A DNA stretch of 50,824 bases from assembly GCA_965369655.1 (NCBI GenBank), contig CBDUQR010000019.1:1-50824 (forward strand). The letters are read 5' to 3'. Of the stretch, positions 42,154-50,824 are shown one piece after another. The notes under the pieces are model-generated. The model did not search any database and was not told where the DNA came from. It saw only the letters and a list, made by a program, of their open reading frames with translations. The position numbers were made by a program, and so were the translations under genes. How positions within the stretch are numbered: the first letter of the stretch is position 1; each line of letters opens with the position of its first letter. The DNA is from an uncultured bacterium (GTDB lineage: Bacteria > Zixibacteria > MSB-5A5 > JAABVY01 > JAHJOQ01).

Positions 42154-43092
42154 TTACATCGACAGGAATCTGACCCATGGATTGTCAGGAAGCGATGATG
42201 CATCGGCACAGAAATCATCATCGGTGAACGTGACAACATAGTCTCCCGATGTGACCGTGCCGGTTACCACTCCAGGACCAGTGACAACCAGATGGACTTC
42301 GGCGGAACCGGTGAGTGTGTTCGTACCGTCGGTCACATAGACACTGACCGTCATGTCTATCGTGCCAGAGGTCGGGCAATCGTAATCATCGGCTTCAATC
42401 AACACCAAGTCATTGACCGCGATGTCATACTCATAGCGGAGATTAACAGGCTGCAGATCACCCTGACCTGTGAATACAACCTTGACATCGAATATTTCAT
42501 CGAGATCAACCCATAGCTTCATGTCAGTATCGAGGCTGAGGACACCGTGACGATACAGGCTGATATCAAGATCAATGTCCGAATCCTGCGACTGCTGATC
42601 GAACTCGAGATCGATGTGTGTTCGCATGTCAACGAAATCAGGATCGGGCAGCAGAAAACCCGGCACGCCATCCTTCTCCAGCCTCGTAGAGTCGGCTATC
42701 TCGAAATCCCACACCATCGTTGTACTATCGTCCTCAGTTGTGACAGTCTCATCAGCAAAGAAAATATGCCAGCCGTTCTCATAGTAAAATGTGTCGGTCT
42801 GCGGCACAGCGATTTTGCCAAAGCCTCCTGTTGTTCCGTCGATATCAGGGACTTCATAATCTTTGAAATCACTGACTGCTGAGGATACCGCACCCTGCAC
42901 CAAGCTAAGACCATCAAAGCCAGTAGCATCATCGTCTAAACTCGACACGACATATTCAACCGCGTCTCTATCACTCAACACATTTTGAGTGTCGCCATTC
43001 GTCACTTTTTCGTCATCGCCACATCCGATTGCGAAGAGAATCATTATCCCAATCGCAAGTGGTACCAGAAGAGAAACTTTCCCTTTCATCAT
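42154..43092 (-). CDS. Acidic hypothetical lipoprotein
   Basis: Lipobox AIGC; AGGAG RBS. Confidence 0.8.
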   Translation of the reverse strand: MMKGKVSLLVPLAIGIMILFAIGCGDDEKVTNGDTQNVLSDRDAVEYVVSSLDDDATGFDGLSLVQGAVSSAVSDFKDYEVPDIDGTTGGFGKIAVPQTDTFYYENGWHIFFADETVTTEDDSTTMVWDFEIADSTRLEKDGVPGFLLPDPDFVDMRTHIDLEFDQQSQDSDIDLDISLYRHGVLSLDTDMKLWVDLDEIFDVKVVFTGQGDLQPVNLRYEYDIAVNDLVLIEADDYDCPTSGTIDMTVSVYVTDGTNTLTGSAEVHLVVTGPGVVTGTVTSGDYVVTFTDDDFCADASSLPDNPWVRFLSM

Positions 43093-43170
43093 GTCTCCTA
43101 ACTGCGAGTGATAAGATGAAAACCGTTATTTCGGCATGAATAAACGAATCAGGGCGGATGTGCGCAACAA

Positions 43171-43548
43171 CTATTTCTGTGCTACTTTGGAAAGCAAATC
43201 GCCAATATCGGAAGTCGAGAAAGGTTTCGGGAGATAGAAGTCCGCGTGATCTTTGACCACGATTTTCTGAGTCAGCTCCGAATTGCGCGTCGACATCATG
43301 GCTACCGGAATGTCCGGATGATTCTCTTTCGCATGCCTGAGTAGAGTGAATCCTGAAACTGTCGGCATCTGGGTATCCGCAATGATCAAAGCATATATCT
43401 CCTTACCGAGACGGCCGATAGCCTCTTCCCCATTTTCCACAATCTCGCATTGTACCCCGAATTCTTCGACCATGTCAGCCAGACATGACGCCATATTAAG
43501 GTTGTCATCAACTATCAGCACTTTGCCCAATCGGATTTTTGTCGACAC
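43171..43548 (-). CDS. Single-domain response regulator
   Basis: VLIVDD, IIAD.QMP..SG, KPF; GTG start. Confidence 0.9.
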   Translation of the reverse strand: MSTKIRLGKVLIVDDNLNMASCLADMVEEFGVQCEIVENGEEAIGRLGKEIYALIIADTQMPTVSGFTLLRHAKENHPDIPVAMMSTRNSELTQKIVVKDHADFYLPKPFSTSDIGDLLSKVAQK

Positions 43549-43718
43549 TGCTAAGCCCTCTCCTCGTATGTAGTATCGGAACAACGCGCTCCAACATAAG
43601 TGCTGCGTAACGAAACAATCGTAGAATCTTGTCCCTCGGGGATCCCCTCGTCCCTCAGGATCGGGATCGGCGACCGAAAAACTCTTTGATCGAATGCGCA
43701 AGGGATATATATTGTGAC

Positions 43719-45002
43719 GTGGATAGACCAAGACCACCCAAAATCATACTCGCCCTGCTCGCGACCCTGACAATTCTGTTGTCCTACAACGACTTCGTCA
43801 ACGCGCAGGTGATTGCATCCGTTTCGTTTACCGGTAAGTATCGTGTCAGGGAGTGGATACTCCGGAATGAGATAGAACTGCATGAAGGCGACCGGTTTGA
43901 CCCGGACGCATGGGAACTCGACAGGAAACGACTCGCCTCGCTGGCGGTCTTCTCGGAAGTATTGTCAGACACATCGAGTTCGAACGATGGTATGCACATA
44001 GAGTACACGCTCAAAGAGGTCTGGACATTCATTCCACTGATAAACATAAAGGGTGAGATCGACAATATCGATATCGACGTCGGACTAAGAGAGAAGGATC
44101 TCCTCGGATTATATATGGAGACTGGTTTCCTCTACTCGCATTTCGAGAGCAGGAATTCGTATTCCGTGTGGCTGAATTGGCCAAGAGCATTCGGCACGAA
44201 GTACTCCGGCGGGATTTCGGGTTACAGCCAGCATTCGAGAGAACCGGCGGAGTCATCCGACGAGCAGTACCGTTACCATTACGACGTGAAGCTAACCGGT
44301 GGGTCGGTTTCGCTCGGCAAACGTCTTGCAGAGAAACTGGCTGTCGGCGGCAAAGTCTCGTTTCTGGAGGAACAGTATGAACTCGAGCCTGCGCCGATTC
44401 CGCCTGTTACGCTGCCACAGACACGCGAACAGCGCATGATTAGCCCGAGCGGATATGTGACACTTGGCAGAGTCTATTACGACGACTTCTTCTTTGATGG
44501 ACGCGATCTGTTCGTGCGAGGCGACCTGATAGCATTCGACCTCGATGACTACGAATTCAAGTTCTGGATGACCTCGATTCAGGCACGAAACTACATCGAC
44601 ATCGGCGGGAAGTGGAATATCTGCAACCGGATCGTATTCGGGACATCTCGAATCAGAAACGTTCTTCCGACATTCGCCGTCAGTGGACTTTCGACCATCA
44701 GAGGCGTCGAGGACAGAGTACGGAGAGGCAGCAAGATATATTACGGCAACAATGAACTGAGATTCAGGGTATTCCAGAACCGGTGGCTGCACAGCCAGTT
44801 CACGGCGTTTGTAGACTTTGGGAGTGCGTGGGATAGCAAACAGAGCCTGCGAGAAATTCTTGAGACATCTCTACTGACATACGGAATCGGCGTAAGACTT
44901 GGATTAGTGAGATTCTACAACGCCATCGGCAGGGCCGACATAGCGCTCAATACCGCCGATGGCTCGCTGACTCTCTACATGTCAGCCGGTCAGTTTTTCT
45001 AA
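43719..45002 (+). CDS. BamA/TamA (Omp85) family outer membrane protein
   Basis: One POTRA domain; IRG loop; FVDFG.AW; GQFF terminus. Start probably GTG 43719. Confidence 0.88.
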   Translation: MDRPRPPKIILALLATLTILLSYNDFVNAQVIASVSFTGKYRVREWILRNEIELHEGDRFDPDAWELDRKRLASLAVFSEVLSDTSSSNDGMHIEYTLKEVWTFIPLINIKGEIDNIDIDVGLREKDLLGLYMETGFLYSHFESRNSYSVWLNWPRAFGTKYSGGISGYSQHSREPAESSDEQYRYHYDVKLTGGSVSLGKRLAEKLAVGGKVSFLEEQYELEPAPIPPVTLPQTREQRMISPSGYVTLGRVYYDDFFFDGRDLFVRGDLIAFDLDDYEFKFWMTSIQARNYIDIGGKWNICNRIVFGTSRIRNVLPTFAVSGLSTIRGVEDRVRRGSKIYYGNNELRFRVFQNRWLHSQFTAFVDFGSAWDSKQSLREILETSLLTYGIGVRLGLVRFYNAIGRADIALNTADGSLTLYMSAGQFF

Positions 45003-45320
45003 CGTAGGCTTCCTGCTGAGCTATTCCCATTCTTGTAGGTCACGGTAGTTTCGACGGGTCTTGGCGACGACAGAGTCGTCGGTGTGACCTGTCGATACCC
45101 CGTAAACTGAGACCTGGCATTGTTTCTGTTTTCCGTCAGTTCACACGTTCGCCTTCGGCGGACGCAAGAACTAACGGAACAAGTACAAGTATTTTGATCG
45201 TCAAGCGACAAGCCGCGTGACCTACAACCAATCATAACAAGGACATCCAAAGCAATAATTCCGCTTGCGTCGAATTCAATCATCACGCTTTATTCAAAAA
45301 AACATCGAGGGATTGAATAT

Positions 45321-45918
45321 ATGATCTTTCTGGCTGTATTCTCAACAGAGAGCAAATACAAGACTTACGAGGACGAGAAGCTGATGGCAGCGGTTCGGAA
45401 AGACAGTTCGATAGCTATGAAAGTCCTGGTTGATCGGTACAAGAAAAAAGCGTACTACATCGCCCTCGGCCTTGTCGGCGACCACGATGAGGCGAGCGAC
45501 CTGAGCCAGGAGGCCTTCATACGCATATATAACGCCCGTCGGAGCTACGATCAGTCGAAGCCGTTCTTCTCATGGTTCTATACAATTCTATCCAATCTTG
45601 CGAGGAATCACCTGAAGAAACGATCTGTACGAAGCGAATACGCACGTCAAAACGCAGGACGCCTATGATCCGAAACTCCAGACGCCGCGCGCGCCGGATG
45701 TTATCATCGAATCGGATGAGGCCAGGACAGCAGTATGGGAGGCTATCGAGGGACTGTCGTACGATCACAGGGAGGCAATCATACTCCGTCATTTCGAAGA
45801 CATGTCGTATGAGGACATAGCGAAGCTTGTCGGCGTACCGGTCGGCAGTGTGATGTCACGACTCTATTATGCAAGAAAAAAGCTGAGGGAGCTGCTTGGC
45901 GATGAATATGAAAGATGA
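45321..45918 (+). pseudogene. ECF sigma factor with a +1 frameshift
   Basis: Region 2 (DLSQEAF, FFSW.Y.I..N) in 45321-45668; region 4 (LSYDHREAIILRHFEDMSYEDIA..VGSVMSRL) in the +1 frame ending at TGA 45918. Confidence 0.85.
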
Positions 45919-46357
45919 TGAACTTCACGCCATCATGATGAGAATCGTCGATGGCGTCGCGAGCACCGAAGACAAACAGGCATTCGCCGCTGCATCAAGC
46001 CAGAATCCTGCATGGGAGACAGAGCTTCGCGCATACAAAAGCATAAAGGAGGTGACTGACCAGATGCAGTACAAAGAAATGCCGGACAGCTACTGGGAAG
46101 GTTACTGGGAAAACCTGTACAGAAAACTCGAACGCGGGATCGGCTGGATACTGATGTCCATCGGCGCAGTAATCCTAATCGCGTTCGCGTTTACTGTGGG
46201 CTTCTGGGAATTCTTCACCGATCCGCAGGTACCTTCAATACTCAAGGTCGGCATCGGCGTCGGCGGACTCGGCCTGATCATAATGCTGGTGTCGGTCCTG
46301 AGGGAACGCCTGTTCGCAAGAAACCGTGATCGTTACGAGAGAGAGGTAGAAAGATGA
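45902..46357 (+). CDS. Putative membrane anti-sigma factor
   Basis: Overlaps the sigma gene end; ..DG.......F ASD-like N-terminus plus two TM helices. Confidence 0.75.
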   Translation: MNMKDDELHAIMMRIVDGVASTEDKQAFAAASSQNPAWETELRAYKSIKEVTDQMQYKEMPDSYWEGYWENLYRKLERGIGWILMSIGAVILIAFAFTVGFWEFFTDPQVPSILKVGIGVGGLGLIIMLVSVLRERLFARNRDRYEREVER

Positions 46358-46668
46358 TACTGGCAACATCGGACAACATACCCGGCAAGACGATTATCAA
46401 GACTCTCGGCATGGTACGTGGCAATACGATTCGGACAAGGCATCTCGGCAACGATATCGTTGCAGGTCTGCGAAACATTGTAGGTGGCGAAGTCGTCGAA
46501 TATACTAAGATGATGGCCGAGTCGAGAGAACAAGCTCTCGACCGCATGGTGGGTGAAGCGGAGCAACTCGGGGCTAATGCCATCGTGACAATCAGGTTCA
46601 CGACCAACTCCCTGATGAAAAGCGCTGCTGAATTGCTCGCCTATGGTACCGCCGTCGTGATTGAATAG
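46354..46668 (+). CDS. YbjQ/UPF0145 family protein
   Basis: D..AGLRNIVGGE..EY...R..A..RM...A...GANAIV...AYGTAV. Confidence 0.93.
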   Translation: MILATSDNIPGKTIIKTLGMVRGNTIRTRHLGNDIVAGLRNIVGGEVVEYTKMMAESREQALDRMVGEAEQLGANAIVTIRFTTNSLMKSAAELLAYGTAVVIE

Positions 46669-46690
46669 AAATTATGCTGGAGATATATCT

Positions 46691-47080
46691 ATGACCGATG
46701 ACATGAATAACGCACCACCAGTCGAAACGACCGCCGAAACGATGAACACTGACGCCAACAAGTGGGCAATGATGTGCCATCTCGGCGGATTGGTCGGGTT
46801 GCTCATCTTTCCACTCAACTATATTATCCCACTGATTATATGGATAAAGCATCGAGATGAATTCCCATTGGTGAATGACCAGGGGATGGAAGCACTCAAT
46901 TTCCAGATCAGTATAACGATCTACACGATTATTTTCTCGATCTTGATACTGGTCATAATTGGCATATTTCTGTTGATCGCTCTTTTCTTCTTCGTATTGG
47001 TAGTAGGCATCGTTGCATCAGTACAGGCGAGTCGTGGTGTGAGCTACAGGTATCCATTGATATTCAGACTAATACGATGA
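46691..47080 (+). CDS. DUF4870 family membrane protein
   Basis: WAM.CHL, PLIIW, EALNFQI, YRYP. Confidence 0.9.
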   Translation: MTDDMNNAPPVETTAETMNTDANKWAMMCHLGGLVGLLIFPLNYIIPLIIWIKHRDEFPLVNDQGMEALNFQISITIYTIIFSILILVIIGIFLLIALFFFVLVVGIVASVQASRGVSYRYPLIFRLIR

Positions 47081-47347
47081 GTATATTGTGCGCGGCAGAT
47101 GTCCAGAGACTGTCCCAGAAGATGTGAAAAGCAGGTAATTATGTTTGCGGAAGAAAGTAGTGTCATTCCCGCGAAGGCGGGAATCCATTGAATACGTTAT
47201 AGTTAGAATAGACTCCCGCCTTCGCGGGAGTGACATGATTGGCTTCTCACCTGAGTTTAATAGCCCTTTTGAGACAGCCTCTCCACATCTGCCGACCCAA
47301 ACGAAGATGGGGCAGACGAGGACGTCTGCCGCCCACAAGATTAGCTG

Positions 47348-47851
47348 TCATCGCGTGAGCAACCGGATCAGGTCTGACACTTCCGGGTATTTCTCAATCA
47401 ATTCGCGTCGATTGCCCAACTCGAAATCCTCGAATGTGAATCCGGGAGCGACTGTCGTTCCCAGCAGCGTAAACCTACCGCCATCGACAAGACGCATCCC
47501 CTGCCATACATTGCGCGGAACGACAACCTGTGGCTTCTCCCCTATCTTCAAGTCTGTGCCGAGTGTAATCACTTCAGATGATCCATTGGGATGCAACTGC
47601 AGCATCGTCACAGGATCGCCAAGATAGAAATGTATGACTTCATCAGATTTAAGTCGATGTAGAAGCGATATTGTATCACGCGTCAATAGATAGTAGATCG
47701 CTGTGCTCAGCGCACGATCCGAGCCATAGCGATCCGGTAGTACTGATCCCGGAATTACCTCGTCCGATCTGTATGTCTCGACGAAATACCCGCCCTCAGT
47801 CGAGAGCAGTTTGAGGTTAAGCAGTTTGATGATCTCGTCAGCAGTTATCAT
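47348..47851 (-). CDS. Cupin, DUF985 family
   Basis: EGGYF.ETYRS, TAIYYLL, H...SDE..HF, VAPGF.F.DFE. Confidence 0.92.
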   Translation of the reverse strand: MITADEIIKLLNLKLLSTEGGYFVETYRSDEVIPGSVLPDRYGSDRALSTAIYYLLTRDTISLLHRLKSDEVIHFYLGDPVTMLQLHPNGSSEVITLGTDLKIGEKPQVVVPRNVWQGMRLVDGGRFTLLGTTVAPGFTFEDFELGNRRELIEKYPEVSDLIRLLTR

Positions 47852-48070
47852 CCAGCAATCCCGTATGCTAACTCTTGTAGGTCAAGCCTGCTTGAGGCTT
47901 GACTCTTCGTCATGCCCCAAGTGGGCATGACCTACAACCCGTCATTCCCGCGAAGGCGGGAATCCATCCTCTCTTCTTCCGTCAGGATCACAGGGATCCT
48001 GACCTACAAATCAAGAAAAAGGGGTGCGATAGTGGCACCCCATACAATAACACTCTATTTTATGAGATAC

Positions 48071-48490
48071 CTACAGTATCGGTTCGTCTTCCGGCTTGTT
48101 CTCGAACGCCGATTTGACATACCCGACAATCTCATCGGTCGTTGTGCCCGGCTTGAAAAGCTTGTGTATGCCCTGACTTTCGAGTTTGTCAATATCATCG
48201 TCAGGTATGATGCCACCGCCGAATAGAATCATGGCTTTCGCGCCCTTCTCGTCGAGCGCTTGTCTGATCGCAGGGAATAGCGTCATGTGCGCGCCGGAGA
48301 GAATCGATACACCGACCGCATCGACATCCTCCTGCACGGCAGCATCGGCGATCATTGCCGGAGTCTGCCTGAGCCCCGTATAGATGACCTCCATGCCGGC
48401 ATCTCTCAATGCTGAGGCGATGACTTTGATGCCTCTATCGTGCCCGTCGAGGCCGGGCTTCGCCAGAAGAATTCGTATGTTGGATCCCAT
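48071..48490 (-). CDS. Cobalamin-binding subunit of an acyl-CoA (methylmalonyl-CoA-type) mutase
   Basis: [22 protein letters not shown]. Confidence 0.93.
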   Translation of the reverse strand: MGSNIRILLAKPGLDGHDRGIKVIASALRDAGMEVIYTGLRQTPAMIADAAVQEDVDAVGVSILSGAHMTLFPAIRQALDEKGAKAMILFGGGIIPDDDIDKLESQGIHKLFKPGTTTDEIVGYVKSAFENKPEDEPIL

Positions 48491-48516
48491 ATTGCCTGCT
48501 ATATGTCACGTTGATG

Positions 48517-49176
48517 CTATTTATCTTCTGCGGTCTTTAGCCACTTCCTGTCGAACTTGACCAGAATCCCTTTCGCGCCATTCACCTGCGTCCCCGATGA
48601 CCGGTCATACTTGATGTATATCACCGCATGGCACCGTTTCTTCCTCGCAAGGTCGGAGAGCTGACCGTCGATATTCGTCATCGACTTGGCTGATCCCTCC
48701 TCGGCGAGAACATCCGCAAGCATCCTGATCTTATAGGGGTAGTTGATATCCTTCTCCGACAGGACTATTTCCTTCTTCTTTACTTTCTCTGCGACCTTTT
48801 CCACGGAATCATAGTTCTTCACCCGCTTCGCAGCTTCGGCGGAATCGAGAGATTGCACCAGGATTCCATTGGTGAACAACTCGGTTGGATCTCGCTCGGT
48901 GAAATTGTCCACAAAGATAACCGCATCGCATCCAGCCCGCGCAGCGGCCTCTCTGAGCCTGCCTTGCGCTTCTTCCATCGCCTTTTCAGCAAGCTTGCCC
49001 CTTATCTTGAAGGAGATGATCTCCTTGATCTGATACGGCCTGTCGATATCGGCTGCTGTCAACTCGACAGAATCAGCCGGGATGTCCCACTTCTTTGCCA
49101 ACAGATCGGTCGGCAGAGTGAGCGCAATTGCGAACAGCGCGGTAATGGTTATCATAGCGAATTTCATCTTAGTCAT
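48517..49176 (-). CDS. Exported protein with two YbjQ-like internal repeats
   Basis: Signal peptide; DI..PY.I...L...A...CDAVI / DI..PY.I...L..LA....CHAVI. Confidence 0.7.
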   Translation of the reverse strand: MTKMKFAMITITALFAIALTLPTDLLAKKWDIPADSVELTAADIDRPYQIKEIISFKIRGKLAEKAMEEAQGRLREAAARAGCDAVIFVDNFTERDPTELFTNGILVQSLDSAEAAKRVKNYDSVEKVAEKVKKKEIVLSEKDINYPYKIRMLADVLAEEGSAKSMTNIDGQLSDLARKKRCHAVIYIKYDRSSGTQVNGAKGILVKFDRKWLKTAEDK

Positions 49177-49423
49177 TGCTGCAACTCCTTTCATTTCCGA
49201 CCCATTACGAATGAACCGGAAATTGCTTGTCAGTCATAATATTATACAACATCGCGGTCCGCAAGCCCAAATTTGAGGATCGTTTGATCTACTGAATCCA
49301 ATCCAGAATCCAGACTTGACAGATCTATCCCTTTCTGCGTTTATATTTGTAGATAGACAACAGAACAACGCGGCTCAATGAATGCCGGGGCATGAGATTG
49401 GGCAGCGGGGAAGGAGGAATCCC

Positions 49424-50771
49424 ATGAAACATGCAATCATACTCATGGTTGCCATTGTCGCGATCTCGGGCGTCGTCCTTGCGGACGACTACATTCGTAT
49501 CGACACCGATTCGATACGAGCAGGCTCAGACAGCGTCACCATCAACTTCATGATCCTGCGGGAGTGCCCGACTCCGATACTGATTGCGGGTGTGAGTAAT
49601 GGTTTCGTGATGACAGCGACTGGCTGTACGTGGACATTCAATAGTTTCACGGCAAGCGCTGACGCCGAGGCCTGGTTCCCGATGGCAGGTGGTTTTCATT
49701 TCTCAGATGGACTGACTGGAACCGCCAACTCTGGTTGGTTCGGGACCGGAGGCGCAGGCAGCGGTTTGCCGGTCCTGGATGATGAACGCTATTATTTCTC
49801 ACTGAACCTCGACGTCAGTGATGACGAGGGTATGATCTGCATCGATTCGGCGTGGTTCCCGCCAGCAGGCAACTGGAAGTGGTCCGGTCTGACCTGTGGA
49901 CAGGGTGGCGCGCCTGATCGTCCGCTCTTCGTGGATAAGAACGGCAGCGATGCTAACCATCCGATCTGCATTACAGTCTATTCCGCTCCATGCGATCCGC
50001 CTGTGATCACTAACTGCCCGACGGATACTCTCGAAGCGAATCACTGCAACGAGCTGTCATACCAGTTCGAAGCTGATCCCGGAGGCATCGACGGCAATGC
50101 AGACGTGTACTGGGAGAGGATTTGGGGAAACGGAGAGATAGAAAGCTCTACTGGTCTGTTCACATTTGGACCGGCGCCAGCATGGGACGGGTACATGGCA
50201 CAAATCAGGGTCGTGAACGACTGCAACCCACCGCTGGCTGACTCTTGCTACTTTGAATTCAAAACGGAGACAGAAACAGATACCCCGAAACGCGTCAACG
50301 ACGGGCTACCTCTCCATCCGGAAGTCAGGAAGCATTACGTCTTCGGACCTGCTGACGCGGAAAGTGTTACAGTTACGATTGAAACAACCGGCTCGACTCA
50401 TGAACTGGAAGCCATGGGAATTAAGTTCCGAACAGCCTATAGAGAAAATATATACTCAGCAGACATTGCTGTACTGCAACTCAATCAGTTGAGGGCTTTA
50501 CCAACTATCATTCGTGTAACACCGGCACCTCGCGGGTACAAATTGAATTCTGTCGGGATGCACTTATCACCCAACTCCCCTGACATCGACTCGAGTTCAG
50601 CTTATTTCTTCGCTGACTCTGCTCGATCACTGTACGGTATCGACGGTAGTGGTGTTATTATCGGTATAATCGATGATGAGATCGACGTGACAAACGATGA
50701 CTTCTATTTCGGAACATGGGATTCCAAAGTTCTCTACTTCTGGGATCAGGATGCAAACTCAGGTGGGGGAT
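49424..50771 (+). CDS. Secreted multidomain S8 peptidase, 5' part (absent from the ORF track; probably IS-interrupted)
   Basis: AAGGAGG RBS; MKHAIILMV signal peptide; frame open to the window end; GIDGSGVIIGIID...F...KVLYFWDQ subtilase Asp motif. Confidence 0.8.
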
Positions 50772-50824
50772 TGAACCTCCCCCGATTAAGTGGACACATC
50801 GAGAAGATAGAGTTTTATTCTATT
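50772..50824 (+). mobile_element. Probable terminal inverted repeat of an IS3-family element
   Basis: TGAACCTCCCCCGATTAAGTGGACAC resembles IS3-family TG...CCCC...GGACA ends; protease-like sequence is no longer recognisable beyond it. Confidence 0.55.

Noticed and set aside
45003-45320. Possible ncRNA or riboswitch upstream of the ECF sigma gene
   Set aside because: Contains short stems (AGGTCAC/GTGACCT, CGACGAC/GTCGTCG) but no family I recognise; it may be a degenerate REP.

Overview
A 50.8 kb bacterial chromosomal segment. The repeated C-terminal dockerin-like GDADCSG.VDIDDVV.LI.YIF.GGP module suggests candidate phylum Zixibacteria or another FCB relative, but this is inference. The window starts exactly at an IS630 element and appears to end inside an IS3-type end; both interrupt secreted protease genes. 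Core genes: lexA-small gene-dinB, guaB, pilD, the hrcA-grpE-dnaK-dnaJ-prmA-rsmE operon with a CIRCE, mtnN and four tRNAs. Main discovery: three tandem exported DUF1573-like genes (7262-9939), each split by an in-frame TGA at the same position (PG-U-GC, where the family has CGC). Each TGA is followed at identical spacing by two RNA hairpins, one with compensatory changes and one invariant. These are candidate secreted selenoproteins with an atypical SECIS-like element. Other findings: an ApeA/HEPN defence gene that looks like a stranded integron cassette (nonsense mutation, half attC, 86-bp diverged duplication), a candidate LexA box, a sigma54 promoter with enhancer sites, a frameshifted ECF sigma factor and several REP-like palindrome families. 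No CRISPR array or rRNA was seen. All family assignments come from motif recognition, not database searches.
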